Assembly (NCBI GenBank): GCA_963783385.1
Contig: CAWANJ010000003.1
Location: 224,001-288,000, forward strand
From: an uncultured Gemmatimonadales bacterium
GTDB lineage: Bacteria > Gemmatimonadota > Gemmatimonadetes > Palauibacterales > Palauibacteraceae
DNA: 64,000 nucleotides
Reading direction: 5' to 3'
Shown here in pieces: positions 1 to 9,155 of the stretch (position 1 is its first letter; each line of letters starts with the position of its first letter). A program made the position numbers and the translations under genes. The notes beneath the pieces are model-generated. The model was not told where the DNA came from and did not search any database. It was given only the letters and a program-made list of their open reading frames with translations.

Positions 1-304
1 TCTCCCAGCCCGTGCGGTTCCGGGCCAGGGCCACCAGGTGCGCGTAGGGGGCGGGGGCGTCGAGCGGCGGTTCCTTGGAACGCCGGTCGCCGTAGGCCAC
101 GTAGAGCTCGCAGCCCAGAATCGGCTTCAGCCCGCGGGCGCGCGCCTTCTCCTGGAACTGCCAGGCGCCGTACAGGACGCCGTGATCGGTGAGCGCGATG
201 GCCGGCATGCCGAGCCGGTCGGCGCGATCGACCAGGTCGTCGATGCGGTTCGCCCCGTCCAGGAGCGAGTACTCGCTGTGCGTGTGAAGGTGGACGAAGG
301 ACAT
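1..304 (-). CDS. dnaE: DNA polymerase III alpha subunit, N-terminal PHP domain (runs off window start)
   Basis: Manual minus-strand translation from ATG at 304: MSFVHLHTHSEYSLLDGANRIDDLV...GMPAIALTDHGVLYGAW...GLKPILGCELYVA...HLVALARNRTGW; classic DnaE HxHxxYSLLDG/TDHG/GCE motifs. Not in the ORF track because it is truncated. Confidence 0.95.
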   Translation of the reverse strand, partial: MSFVHLHTHSEYSLLDGANRIDDLVDRADRLGMPAIALTDHGVLYGAWQFQEKARARGLKPILGCELYVAYGDRRSKEPPLDAPAPYAHLVALARNRTGWE

Positions 305-362
305 GTCACTGCCTGTGGCGTCCGCGGCTTCCCGGCGGCAGGGTCCCGGACGCCGGCGGCTC

Positions 363-1379
363 TCAGCCGCCGGCGCCGCAGGAGAAGGAATCCAGGATGT
401 CGCGGACCTGGATCACGTACTGGTACTTGCTCTTGCCCGGGGCATACACCCAGCCGTCCAGGAAGTAGGTCCGGTCGGGGCACTGGACGAGGCGAGCGAT
501 GAAGGGGCCTCCGGCGGGGTAGCCGGTGCCGACGTCGTGCCACGCACCGGTGGCCTCCAGCGCCGGGCGTCCGTGCTGTTCGATGCGCGCGGCCATGCCC
601 CCGGTGGTGTCGATCGCCTGGGGCACCCCGTAATAAACGGTGTCGACCGCGCGACGCCAGTCGTAGGCCGCCGCCGCCGTCAGCGTGTCCACGGAGGGAC
701 GCCAGGCGACGAGCACGGACCGGATGAGCTCAGAGGGGTCAGGGTTGTCGTTGACCAGCACGACCACGCTGTCCGTCAGCGTGTCCACCCGGAAGACGCT
801 CGGAAACCGGATGCGGAAGCCCAACGCCTGCAGGAGCCTCGCCTCGTTCGCCGTGTCTTCCCCGCTCACGTACATGCTCAGGTGCACGTAGGAGCGGTAC
901 TCGGCGTCGACCAGCGAGTCGAGCTCGGGCAGCTGCGCCTTCCAGCTTCCCGCCTCGTCCGTCGGGTCCAGGATGACGGCCGTGGCCAGCTGATCGGTGG
1001 CCCACACGTCCCGGGCCTGTATCACCGAAGGTGCCGTGGGCGGCTTCCCGGTCGCGGACGCGATCTTGCGCACCAGGCCGTTGTCGGGCGTGCCGAACAC
1101 GACCACCTGCCGGAACAGCTTGAGCTGGGCCACCTGGGAGTCGGCCGTGTCGGCCTGCTCGACATAGAACTTCTGCTCCGCGCGCACCGTGAACACGGTC
1201 GGCTCGAGGGCCGCTCGCGTGGTATCCTCGAGCTGCTTCCACAGCGAGTCGTTGGCGGTGAGCACGACCAGGGTGTCGACCTTGCCCATCGCGGGGGACT
1301 TGCCGCACCCCGCTGTCCCGAGGCCGGCGGCTAGGACCGCGACCACCAGGCCTGGATGGGGGAGGATGGGACGTTTCAA
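363..1379 (-). CDS. DUF4837-like lipoprotein
   Basis: C-terminal part of ORF 363..3518; TTG start, hydrophobic leader with lipobox-like TAGC; C-terminal GGPF...FLDGWVYAPGKSKYQYVIQVRDILDSF resembles DUF4837. Start approximate. Confidence 0.7.
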   Translation of the reverse strand: MKRPILPHPGLVVAVLAAGLGTAGCGKSPAMGKVDTLVVLTANDSLWKQLEDTTRAALEPTVFTVRAEQKFYVEQADTADSQVAQLKLFRQVVVFGTPDNGLVRKIASATGKPPTAPSVIQARDVWATDQLATAVILDPTDEAGSWKAQLPELDSLVDAEYRSYVHLSMYVSGEDTANEARLLQALGFRIRFPSVFRVDTLTDSVVVLVNDNPDPSELIRSVLVAWRPSVDTLTAAAAYDWRRAVDTVYYGVPQAIDTTGGMAARIEQHGRPALEATGAWHDVGTGYPAGGPFIARLVQCPDRTYFLDGWVYAPGKSKYQYVIQVRDILDSFSCGAGG

Positions 1380-1628
1380 GGTCGCTCCAGGGGCCGGGTT
1401 CACGCTGATCGCGGGGCGGGAATGCAACCCCCGCGCCGGTCCCGCAAGGTACGAATCGGCGCGACCCGCAGCAACGGGCCGCGGCCTGCCCGGAGGGCCC
1501 CTCGACGACCTCGCTTCGGCCCCCGAGAACATCGCCTTCGGGTCCGGGTAGGAGGACGACCCACAGCGCTCGACGGAGGGCGCTCCGGGCCTTTCATCTT
1601 CCGATGCCATAGGGAGTTTCGTACGGTC

Positions 1629-3464
1629 GTGACCTTGATCCGCAACATCGCGATCATCGCGCACGTCGACCACGGGAAGACCACGCTCGTGGACCGGATG
1701 CTCCAGTCCACCGGGACCTTCCGGGTGGGCCAGGAGGTGCGCGAGCGCGTCATGGATTCGGATCCCCAGGAGCGCGAGCGCGGGATCACCATCTTCTCCA
1801 AGAACGCGGCCGTCCGGTGGCGCGACCCCGACGGTCGCGAGTTCAAGCTCAACCTGGTGGACACGCCGGGCCACGCCGACTTCGGGGGCGAGGTCGAGCG
1901 CATCCTCCGCATGGTGGACGGCGTGCTCCTGCTGGTGGACGCGTTCGAGGGGCCCATGCCCCAGACGCGGTTCGTGACGCGCAAGGCGCTGGAGCTGGGG
2001 CTGCAGCCCGTGGTGGTGATCAACAAGGTCGATCGCGCCGACGCCGAGCCGCTGCGGGTGCACGACGAGGTGCTCGAGCTGCTCATGGAGCTCGAGGCGG
2101 GCGCCGCGCAGCTGGACGCGCCCTTCCTGTACGCCTCCGCGCGCGAGGGGTGGGCGGGAGAGGAGCCCGATGTCCGGGACCGGGGCCTCGAGCCGCTGTT
2201 CCGGACCATCGTGCGGACCGTGCCGCCCCCTCCGGGCGACCCCGAGCAGCCGTTCCGGATGCTGGTTTCGACGCTCGACTACTCGCCCTACCTGGGCCGG
2301 CTGGCCATCGGCCGCATCGAGGGCGGACACATCGCGGTCGGGGACCGGGTGGCCGTGTGGCCGCTGGACGAGGAGGAGCCCACGGCCACCGACCGCGTGC
2401 CCAAGCTGTACGTGTTCGAGGGACTGGAGCGCCGCGAGGCCGAATCGGTGGTGGCCGGGGAGATCGCGGCGGTGGCCGGTGTGGAGGGGGCGGAGATCGG
2501 GACTACCCTGTGCGACCCTGTGCGACCAGGACGTCTGGAGGGGATCGCGGTCGAACCGCCCACCATCGCGGTCGAGCTGCGGCCGAACGACTCGCCCTTC
2601 TCGGGGCGGTCCGGCCGCTACGTCACCTCCCGCCAGATCCGGGAGCGCCTGGAGCGCGAGACCCTCAGCAACGTGGCGCTCCGCCTGGAGCCCACGGGCG
2701 ATCCGGACCGCTTCCGGGTGGCGGGCCGCGGCGAGCTCCACCTGGCCGTCGTGATGGAGAGCATGCGGCGCCAGGGCTACGAGTTCACGGTCTCCCGCCC
2801 CGAGGTGATCACCCAGCAGGGGCCGGAAGGCCTGGAGGAGCCGTACGAAGAGGTCGTGATCGACGTGCCGGCCGTGGCCATGGGGGTCGTGATCCAGAAG
2901 CTCGGCGAACGACGCGGCGAGATGGTGCACATGTCCCGGGAGCTCGGCGGCACCGTGCGCCTGCGCTTCCTGGTCCCGTCGCGGGGGCTGACCGGCTACC
3001 GCTCCGAGTTCCTGACCGACACCCGCGGGGAGGGGATCCTTCATCGCCAGTTCGCGCGGTACGGGCCCTGGGCCGGGAGCATCGAGGCCCGGAGGACGGG
3101 AGCCCTGGTGTCCATGACCGAGGGGACCGCGACCGGCTACGCACTGTTCAACCTGCAGGACCGCGGGCGGCTGTTCGTGGGCCCCGGCGACGCCGTGTAC
3201 GACGGCATGATCGTCGGAGAGCACGCCCGGGAGAACGACCTCGAGGTCAACACGATCCGTGGCAAGAAGCTCACGAACATGCGGGCCGCCGGGTCCGACG
3301 AGAACATCCTGCTCGAGCCTCCCAGGGAGGTCACCCTGGAGTTCGGACTCGAGTTCATCCGCGAAGACGAGCTGGTCGAGGTCACGCCGGCGGCGATCCG
3401 CCTGCGGAAGCGCGCTCTGACGGCCCACGGGCGGAAGCGGGACCGCCGTCAGGCCGCGACTTGA
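1629..3464 (+). CDS. typA: Translational GTPase TypA/BipA
   Basis: IRNIAIIAHVDHGKTTLVD, ERERGITIFSKN, DTPGHADFGGEVER, NKVD, GRGELHL, KKLTNMRAAGSDE, DELVEVTP motifs; GTG start at 1629. Confidence 0.97.
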   Translation: MTLIRNIAIIAHVDHGKTTLVDRMLQSTGTFRVGQEVRERVMDSDPQERERGITIFSKNAAVRWRDPDGREFKLNLVDTPGHADFGGEVERILRMVDGVLLLVDAFEGPMPQTRFVTRKALELGLQPVVVINKVDRADAEPLRVHDEVLELLMELEAGAAQLDAPFLYASAREGWAGEEPDVRDRGLEPLFRTIVRTVPPPPGDPEQPFRMLVSTLDYSPYLGRLAIGRIEGGHIAVGDRVAVWPLDEEEPTATDRVPKLYVFEGLERREAESVVAGEIAAVAGVEGAEIGTTLCDPVRPGRLEGIAVEPPTIAVELRPNDSPFSGRSGRYVTSRQIRERLERETLSNVALRLEPTGDPDRFRVAGRGELHLAVVMESMRRQGYEFTVSRPEVITQQGPEGLEEPYEEVVIDVPAVAMGVVIQKLGERRGEMVHMSRELGGTVRLRFLVPSRGLTGYRSEFLTDTRGEGILHRQFARYGPWAGSIEARRTGALVSMTEGTATGYALFNLQDRGRLFVGPGDAVYDGMIVGEHARENDLEVNTIRGKKLTNMRAAGSDENILLEPPREVTLEFGLEFIREDELVEVTPAAIRLRKRALTAHGRKRDRRQAAT

Positions 3465-3532
3465 CAGGCACGACGCCCCCTGTACCTTGGCGCTTGTTCG
3501 CTCCCTGCCCCGAACCATCCAGGAGGAGTCCC

Positions 3533-3775
3533 ATGTCGCGCTCGATGCTGGCCGAGTCTCTCCTCGTCGAAGAGGACGTGCTCGCCCCCCGTTCCGAGTG
3601 GGAGGACGAAGACGAGGACGAGGACTTCGACGACGACTTCGATGACGAAGAGTTGGACGAGGATTGGGACGATGATTGGGATGACGACGAGGACGACGAC
3701 TGGGACGAGGACGAGGAAGAGGACGAGGGGTCCGATGAGGACGACTCGGATCGCGCGGCCCCGGAGGACTGGTAG
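3533..3775 (+). CDS. Small hyperacidic low-complexity protein (80 aa)
   Basis: AGGAGG SD at 3521-3526, ATG 3533; MSRSMLAESLLVEEDVLAPRSEW followed by a D/E tract with spaced W/F; followed by a hairpin. Confidence 0.7.
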   Translation: MSRSMLAESLLVEEDVLAPRSEWEDEDEDEDFDDDFDDEELDEDWDDDWDDDEDDDWDEDEEEDEGSDEDDSDRAAPEDW

Positions 3776-3812
3776 CGCCCGACGCTCCCGGGACCCTCTT
3801 TCGTCGGTAGTG

Positions 3813-3842
3813 CGAACGGCCCGCTAGCAGGCGGGCCGTTCG
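3813..3842. terminator. Hairpin, probable bidirectional terminator between convergent genes
   Basis: cgaacggcccgc-tagcag-gcgggccgttcg, perfect 12-bp stem; no clear U tract. Confidence 0.6.
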
Positions 3843-3887
3843 TGCGTCGGGGTCCCGGGTGGCCGACCCCCGGCCGGCGCGCCTCTC

Positions 3888-4694
3888 CTAGAGCTGGGTG
3901 ACCTGCAGGCTGAGCGAAGACGCGATGTTGCCGGCCACCAGCGCTTGCAGAGAGTCGCTGCTCGCCACCGTCGCGGGATCGATGAGCTGGCCCGTGGCGG
4001 GGTCCTTGAACCAGCTCAGGACGTCGAACGTGACCCCGAGCCCGAGCTGCGAGCCGTCGCCGAGGACGGTCGGGTTCTGGAAGGTCAGCTTCTCCGTCTG
4101 CTCCACGGAGAGTCCGACCTTGAAGGCCGTTCCGTTGAACGTGCCGCTGACGACGACGCTGGCGCCGTTGAGCTCCGGCCGCTGGTTGAGCAGCGACTGG
4201 TCGTTGGCGTCGTTCGGGTCCAGGCGGTGCAGCCGGAACCAGAAGGACGAATAGGTCTGCTTCTCGGCGAAGCCGAGCGCCACCTGAGTGGGGCTGCCGG
4301 GGGTCTGGATCGGGAAGTCGCTGATCAGCGGGCCCAGGGAGAACTCGTCGCACTGGTCCGAGTCCGACGTCTCACCCGTCGGCGTGACCGTGCAGTCGCC
4401 GGTCGCCGAGGACCGCTGCAGCTCCATCTCCTTGAACACCGCCTCGACCGCGTTGACCGTCAGCGTCGTGTCGCCCTGCTTGGACGAGATGATCGGTCGG
4501 AGCCCGGTGGACGCGGTCGACATCCGGACCAGGTGACTCCCCGTGGAGGCCTGTCCGTTCTGCTGGGGCACGGCGATGGCGAAGGAGATGGCGGGGGGGC
4601 CGGTGTTGGTCGTGGTGACCTTCAGGCTGCTGCACGACGTCAGCCCCAGGGTCGCGGCTGCGCACAGGGTTCCGAACGCGAGTAGTCGTCTCAT
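3888..4694 (-). CDS. Hypothetical lipoprotein (DUF4382-like beta-rich fold possible)
   Basis: MRRLLAFGTLCAAATLGLTSC lipobox; beta-rich mature part; typical codon usage. Confidence 0.6.
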   Translation of the reverse strand: MRRLLAFGTLCAAATLGLTSCSSLKVTTTNTGPPAISFAIAVPQQNGQASTGSHLVRMSTASTGLRPIISSKQGDTTLTVNAVEAVFKEMELQRSSATGDCTVTPTGETSDSDQCDEFSLGPLISDFPIQTPGSPTQVALGFAEKQTYSSFWFRLHRLDPNDANDQSLLNQRPELNGASVVVSGTFNGTAFKVGLSVEQTEKLTFQNPTVLGDGSQLGLGVTFDVLSWFKDPATGQLIDPATVASSDSLQALVAGNIASSLSLQVTQL

Positions 4695-4849
4695 GAGCCT
4701 CCGGCCGTCCTCGAGGTCCACCGGCCCGGGCGCGCGCGGAGACACACGGAAAAAGCCGCGCTCGCGCCAAGCACGATTCTGGGTTGCGTGCAACACCCGT
4801 GGGCCGCGAGAGGTTCCTCTGGAAGAGCCGCTGCCGGGGCGCGTCGAGC

Positions 4850-4877
4850 TTGACTTCACCGGGCCCGGTCTTAGGTT
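4850..4877 (+). promoter_or_regulatory. Putative sigma70 promoter for tRNA-Ile
   Basis: TTGACT-N16-TAGGTT about 35 nt upstream of the tRNA. Confidence 0.5.
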
Positions 4878-4911
4878 GCCTGCCCCCCGGCGGCTCCGGC
4901 CGCCACCACGA

Positions 4912-4986
<75 letters not shown>

Positions 4987-5054
4987 CTCACGAGACTCTG
5001 TCCGGCGCCCGGCTCTCCACCCTGCAGCACGAGTCCTCCCCGTCCCGCCCGGGC

Positions 5055-5471
5055 TCAGAAGGCGGCCAGGTACCAATCCATTTTGGTGGCGGTCCCCCGT
5101 TCCCTCCAGCCCAGGATCTGCGTGTACCGTACTCGATAGTACCGGAGCCGTCGGGTGCCTGGAGGCAGCGCCGGGTTCGGGCCCAGCTCCACGCGAACCA
5201 CGGCGTTGCTCAAGGGACCGCGGACCGCGAGCGACCGGATACGGATGGACGATGCACCCACGGCCGCGGCGCCCCGGTCTGCCAGCGAGCGGGTCGTGTC
5301 CGCGAGGATGGGTCGGATCATCTCGTCCTGGACCCACGTCTCCAGCGCGGCGCGCCCCTGGGTGTCGAGCCTGGTGCGCGCCGTCTCGATTCGGAAGACG
5401 CCCACCCCGACGAGCAGAGCCAGAGCGAGCGCCGCCTTCCAGCCGGTGAGCGTCATCTTCGTACCGGGCAC
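5055..5471 (-). CDS. Hypothetical protein with N-terminal membrane anchor
   Basis: GGAGG upstream of GTG 5471 (alternative ATG 5456); WKAALALALLVGVGVF hydrophobic segment. Confidence 0.5.
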   Translation of the reverse strand: MPGTKMTLTGWKAALALALLVGVGVFRIETARTRLDTQGRAALETWVQDEMIRPILADTTRSLADRGAAAVGASSIRIRSLAVRGPLSNAVVRVELGPNPALPPGTRRLRYYRVRYTQILGWRERGTATKMDWYLAAF

Positions 5472-5561
5472 GTCGCCTCCCGAGTCGGTTGCGATGGGCG
5501 GATGTCCCACGAAACGCCCCACACCTGACCGCGCTGCGACGGTAGACCCGTGCTCACCGGC

Positions 5562-6617
5562 CTACCTCGCCTCCCTGACTAGGCCGTCCACGAGCCAGTC
5601 GGCCACGGCCTGGCGATTCCTCGCCCGGGTCAGCCGTTGCTGGTCCAGCGAGTTGCGGATGTTGCCCAGCTCGACGAGGACGGCTACCGGTCGGGTGTGC
5701 CGCAGCACGTACAGGTTCCGGACGTCGATGGTGCCGTCGTAGCCCCGCCCCGGTTGCACCCGGGCGTACTGGTGGCGGAACGCGGCCCGGAGGCTACGGG
5801 CCATGCGCCCCCCCCGCCGGCTGGCCACCAGGAAGTGGACGTCGATCTGCGGCTTCCTCCTGGAGCCCCGCGCGTCCACGTGGACGGACAGCACGCGCTG
5901 GGGGGTGGCCGCGCCGCCGTTGTCGGCGTACAGGCGATTGACGATGCGGACGCGGTCGCGCAGCCGCGCGAGCTGGCTCAGGGAAATCCGTCCGCCTCCC
6001 AGGTAGCGTTCGTCGTGGTCCAGGGGGAACCGGCTCCCGTCGCGGATTCCGTCGTCCGGGTCCTGGACGACCAGGTAGACCGTGGCCCCCTCCTCCAGGA
6101 GCCGCCGGGCCAATCGCAGCGAGACGTCGTAGGCGATCTCATCCTCGGGGAGCCGCCGGCCCGCGTACCGGCCGACGGTGCCGGGGTCCGGACCGCCGTG
6201 GCCGCTCACGATGTAGTAGATCCGGCCCGAGAGGCGGTCCGATTCACGCTGGACCTTCTCGTACTCGGGTCCGAAGATGGGGAAGGTGCCCATGCGCGAG
6301 CCGCTGGCGGAGATGGTGTAGGAGCGCCCCGCGAGGAGCTCGTCGCCGTGGATGAGGCGGCTGTGGTTGCGGCGCTTGAACGCCTCGATGGCGGCCGGCG
6401 TCGGCTGGACGCCCGCCCGCTGGAGCAGGTCCCAGATGCCGTCGCCTCGCGCGGCCTCGAGGGTCGTGATGCTGTCGACGGCGGCCGCGTCCTCGAGGGT
6501 GAGGGCGTGGGACGCCGGCTGCGCGCTCGCGGGCCGAGGGGCGGCCACGAACGCCAGGGTCGCCACGACGGTACAGCGCGCCCGCACCCGGGCGCGGGCT
6601 CTCAGGTGGCTCGCCAT
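5562..6617 (-). CDS. N-acetylmuramoyl-L-alanine amidase (Amidase_3), secreted, possible degenerate LysM-like N-terminal module
   Basis: SGHGGPDPG, EDEIAYDVSLRL, LSVHVDA, NLYVLR...AVLVELGNI zinc-amidase motifs; signal peptide-like N-terminus. Confidence 0.88.
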   Translation of the reverse strand: MASHLRARARVRARCTVVATLAFVAAPRPASAQPASHALTLEDAAAVDSITTLEAARGDGIWDLLQRAGVQPTPAAIEAFKRRNHSRLIHGDELLAGRSYTISASGSRMGTFPIFGPEYEKVQRESDRLSGRIYYIVSGHGGPDPGTVGRYAGRRLPEDEIAYDVSLRLARRLLEEGATVYLVVQDPDDGIRDGSRFPLDHDERYLGGGRISLSQLARLRDRVRIVNRLYADNGGAATPQRVLSVHVDARGSRRKPQIDVHFLVASRRGGRMARSLRAAFRHQYARVQPGRGYDGTIDVRNLYVLRHTRPVAVLVELGNIRNSLDQQRLTRARNRQAVADWLVDGLVREAR

Positions 6618-6756
6618 GCCTTCCGCTCCCGGAACGGAGGTGATGGCGAATGGGGGGGACGCACCAAGCCTAAATGGCGTCACGACGCCAGGTCAAGGTG
6701 AGGGTATCTTCCGTACGCGGTGGAGCAGGAAGATCAGGAGGTCGAGCGTGCCACGC

Positions 6757-7635
6757 ATGAACTCACGCGAACGCAGGATCGCCCTTCGCGACGGGCTCAG
6801 CGTCCGCGTCGTCGAGCGCCTGACGGACGGGACGGCGCTCCCGGTCCTCCTCCTGCACGGCTTCACCGGCTCGGTGGGGGCGTGGGGGGAGGAGCTGCTG
6901 GAGGGGATTGCGGCGACGGGACGCCGGGTCGTGGCGGTCGACCTGCTCGGTCACGGCCGGAGCGACGTCCCCGCGGAGCCGTCGCGCTACGCCATGGAGA
7001 GGCAGCTCGACGACCTCGAGGAGGTCCTGGACGCGCTGGGGCTTGAGCGGGCGGTGTGGGCCGGCTATTCCATGGGGGCGCGGCTGGCCCTGGGAGGCGC
7101 CGTGCTTCGGCCCCGGCGCGTGGCGGCGCTGGTGTTGGAGAGCGGCTCGCCGGGGCTGGCCACCGGGCCCGAGAGGCGGGCGCGGCGGGCGGCCGACGAG
7201 GCGCTGGCCGCCCGGCTCGAGGAGGCGGAGCCGGAGGCGATGACCCGCTTCGTGGACGAGTGGATGGAGCAGCCCCTGTTCGAGACGCAGCGGCGGCTCC
7301 CCGCGGACGTGCGCAAGCGACAGCGGCGTCGGCGGCTGGCCGCCCATCCCCGGGGCCTGGCGGGGGCCCTGAGGGGGCTCGGCACCGGCGCCCAGCCGTC
7401 CCTGTGGGAGCGCCTGCCCGAGGTCGAGGTGCCGGCCCTCCTCCTCACGGGCCGGCTGGACGTGAATTTCGAGGCCGTCGCCGACCGCATGGCCGAGCGC
7501 ATGTCGGCCCCGGTTCGCGCTTCGGTGCCCGACGCCGGGCACGCCGTGCACCTGGAGCGGCCCCGATCGTGGCTGGCGCGGGTGAAGGCCTTCCTGGCGG
7601 AGGCGGAGGCGGAGGCCGACGCCGACGCCGAATGA
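6757..7635 (+). CDS. menH: 2-succinyl-6-hydroxy-2,4-cyclohexadiene-1-carboxylate synthase (alpha/beta hydrolase)
   Basis: LLHGFTGS, GYSMGAR, LESGSPGL, RRAADEALA, W..QPLF, GTGAQPSLW, AGHAVHLERP are MenH signature motifs; alternative GTG start at 6748. Confidence 0.85.
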   Translation: MNSRERRIALRDGLSVRVVERLTDGTALPVLLLHGFTGSVGAWGEELLEGIAATGRRVVAVDLLGHGRSDVPAEPSRYAMERQLDDLEEVLDALGLERAVWAGYSMGARLALGGAVLRPRRVAALVLESGSPGLATGPERRARRAADEALAARLEEAEPEAMTRFVDEWMEQPLFETQRRLPADVRKRQRRRRLAAHPRGLAGALRGLGTGAQPSLWERLPEVEVPALLLTGRLDVNFEAVADRMAERMSAPVRASVPDAGHAVHLERPRSWLARVKAFLAEAEAEADADAE

Positions 7636-7714
7636 GGCCGACGCGGGCGCCCAGGTTGAGGTGCCACGGCCATGGCCGCCCCGACACCGAGACTCGAAGG
7701 AGACGAAGGACCTC

Positions 7715-8074
7715 ATGGACGTGAAGCTCACTGGGCAGGTCAAGCAGGTGCTGGAGGAGCAGTCGGGCGAGGGGCGGAACGGCCCGTGGCGCAAGCAGGA
7801 ATTCATCCTGGAGACGGAGGGCGACTACCCGAAGGAGGTCTGCATCGTCCAGTGGGGCGAGAAGATCGAGGAGCTGGGCGTGAAGGAGGGCGAACGGCTC
7901 ACGGTCCACGTGGACATCCAGAGCCGCGAGTACAACGGGCGGTGGTACACGGACGTCAAGGCGTGGAAGGTCGAGCGCGAGGCGAGTGCCGTCCCCTCCG
8001 GCCCGCCCCCGGTCGAGGAGCCGTTTCCGGCGCCGTCCGACCCCGGGGCTCTCGACGACGACCTTCCGTTCTGA
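7715..8074 (+). CDS. DUF3127 family OB-fold protein with SSB-like C-terminal tail
   Basis: W.KQEFILET...YPKEVC...WG.K...DIQSREYNGRWYTDVKAWKV; ends DDDLPF. Confidence 0.85.
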   Translation: MDVKLTGQVKQVLEEQSGEGRNGPWRKQEFILETEGDYPKEVCIVQWGEKIEELGVKEGERLTVHVDIQSREYNGRWYTDVKAWKVEREASAVPSGPPPVEEPFPAPSDPGALDDDLPF

Positions 8075-8176
8075 GGTCGGCCCGGAAATCCGACTCCGGC
8101 GTCGTGGCTCGGCCCGTGGCGCCCGGAGGGTCCCGCGGGCGGCCACTCGACTTCCCTGCCAGCCCGGGATGATCCC

Positions 8177-9151
8177 ATGAGACGAACCTGGTTCGCGCTC
8201 GTCGCCCTCGTCCTCCTCCCGGCCTGTGGCTCGGGTGGGCGAGGCCCCGATTCGGCGCCCGACACGGCATCCGGGGCCGGCGCCCGCACGGACACCCTCC
8301 TCGCCGTGAACGGCACGCACCTGTGGGTGCACCGGGAGGGTTCGGGCGACCCGATCGTCGTGGTGCACGGCGGGCCCGTCCTCGATCACGGCTACCTGGT
8401 CGCGCCCCTGCGCCCGCTAGCGGCCGACCACCAGCTCGTGTTCTACGACCAGCGCCTCAGCGGACGCTCCGACGGGACGGTGGACAGCGCCTCCGTGACG
8501 CTCGAGAACTTCGTCGAGGACATCGAGGCGCTCCGTAAGGGGCTCGGGCTCGGCAAGATCGACCTCCTGGCCCACTCCTGGGGGGGGCTCCTGGCCATGG
8601 AGTACGCTCTCGCGCACCCTTCGAGCCTGCGCTCGCTGGTGCTGGTGAGTCCCATGCCGCCGTCCTCCGCGCTGTGGCAGGAGCAGCAGCGGTTGGCGGC
8701 CGCCGCCCTCGAGCCCGGGGACACGGCGGGAATGGGAGCGCTCCGCGCATCGTCGGCGTACCGGGCCGGAGATCCCGCGGCCATCGAGCGCATGCTCCAG
8801 CTCTCCTTTCGGAGCGAGCTGGCCCGCCCGGCCCTGGCGGACTCCCTGCGGTTCCACATCGAGCGGGACTACCGGGAGCGATCGCGGGAGTTCGGGCTGC
8901 TGGTGCCCGATCTATCGACGTACGATCTAACGGGCCGGCTGCCGGAGCTGCGCGTGCGGACACTCGTGGCGTTCGGCGCCGCGGAGACGGGAGCCCGGCG
9001 CGAGGCCGACACGCTCCGGTCGCTCCTCCCCCGCGCCGAGATCGAGGTGATCCCGGGGGCGGGCCACTTCTCCTTCCTGGAGCGCCCGGAGATGTTCCGG
9101 GGGATCGTGCGCCGCTTCCTGCGCGAGACGGCACCGTCGGACCCGCGCTGA
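8177..9151 (+). CDS. Alpha/beta hydrolase lipoprotein (proline iminopeptidase-like)
   Basis: Lipobox-like LPAC; VVHGGP, FYDQRLSGRS, AHSWGG nucleophile elbow, GAGHF. Confidence 0.85.
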   Translation: MRRTWFALVALVLLPACGSGGRGPDSAPDTASGAGARTDTLLAVNGTHLWVHREGSGDPIVVVHGGPVLDHGYLVAPLRPLAADHQLVFYDQRLSGRSDGTVDSASVTLENFVEDIEALRKGLGLGKIDLLAHSWGGLLAMEYALAHPSSLRSLVLVSPMPPSSALWQEQQRLAAAALEPGDTAGMGALRASSAYRAGDPAAIERMLQLSFRSELARPALADSLRFHIERDYRERSREFGLLVPDLSTYDLTGRLPELRVRTLVAFGAAETGARREADTLRSLLPRAEIEVIPGAGHFSFLERPEMFRGIVRRFLRETAPSDPR

Positions 9152-9155
9152 CGCG

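Noticed and set aside
1538-1562. tcgggtccgggtaggaggacg resembling the SRP RNA domain IV motif
   Set aside because: Lacks the CAGG...GGAA...AGCAG consensus and the GNRA tetraloop geometry.
1380-3518. 1051-aa minus-strand ORF 363..3518 and many other long antisense or alternate-frame ORFs
   Set aside because: Shadow ORFs expected in very high-GC DNA opposite real genes (here typA); only the 363..1379 part looks like a real protein.
6757-7635. menH outside a men operon as a novel function
   Set aside because: All MenH-specific motifs are present and dispersed men genes are common.
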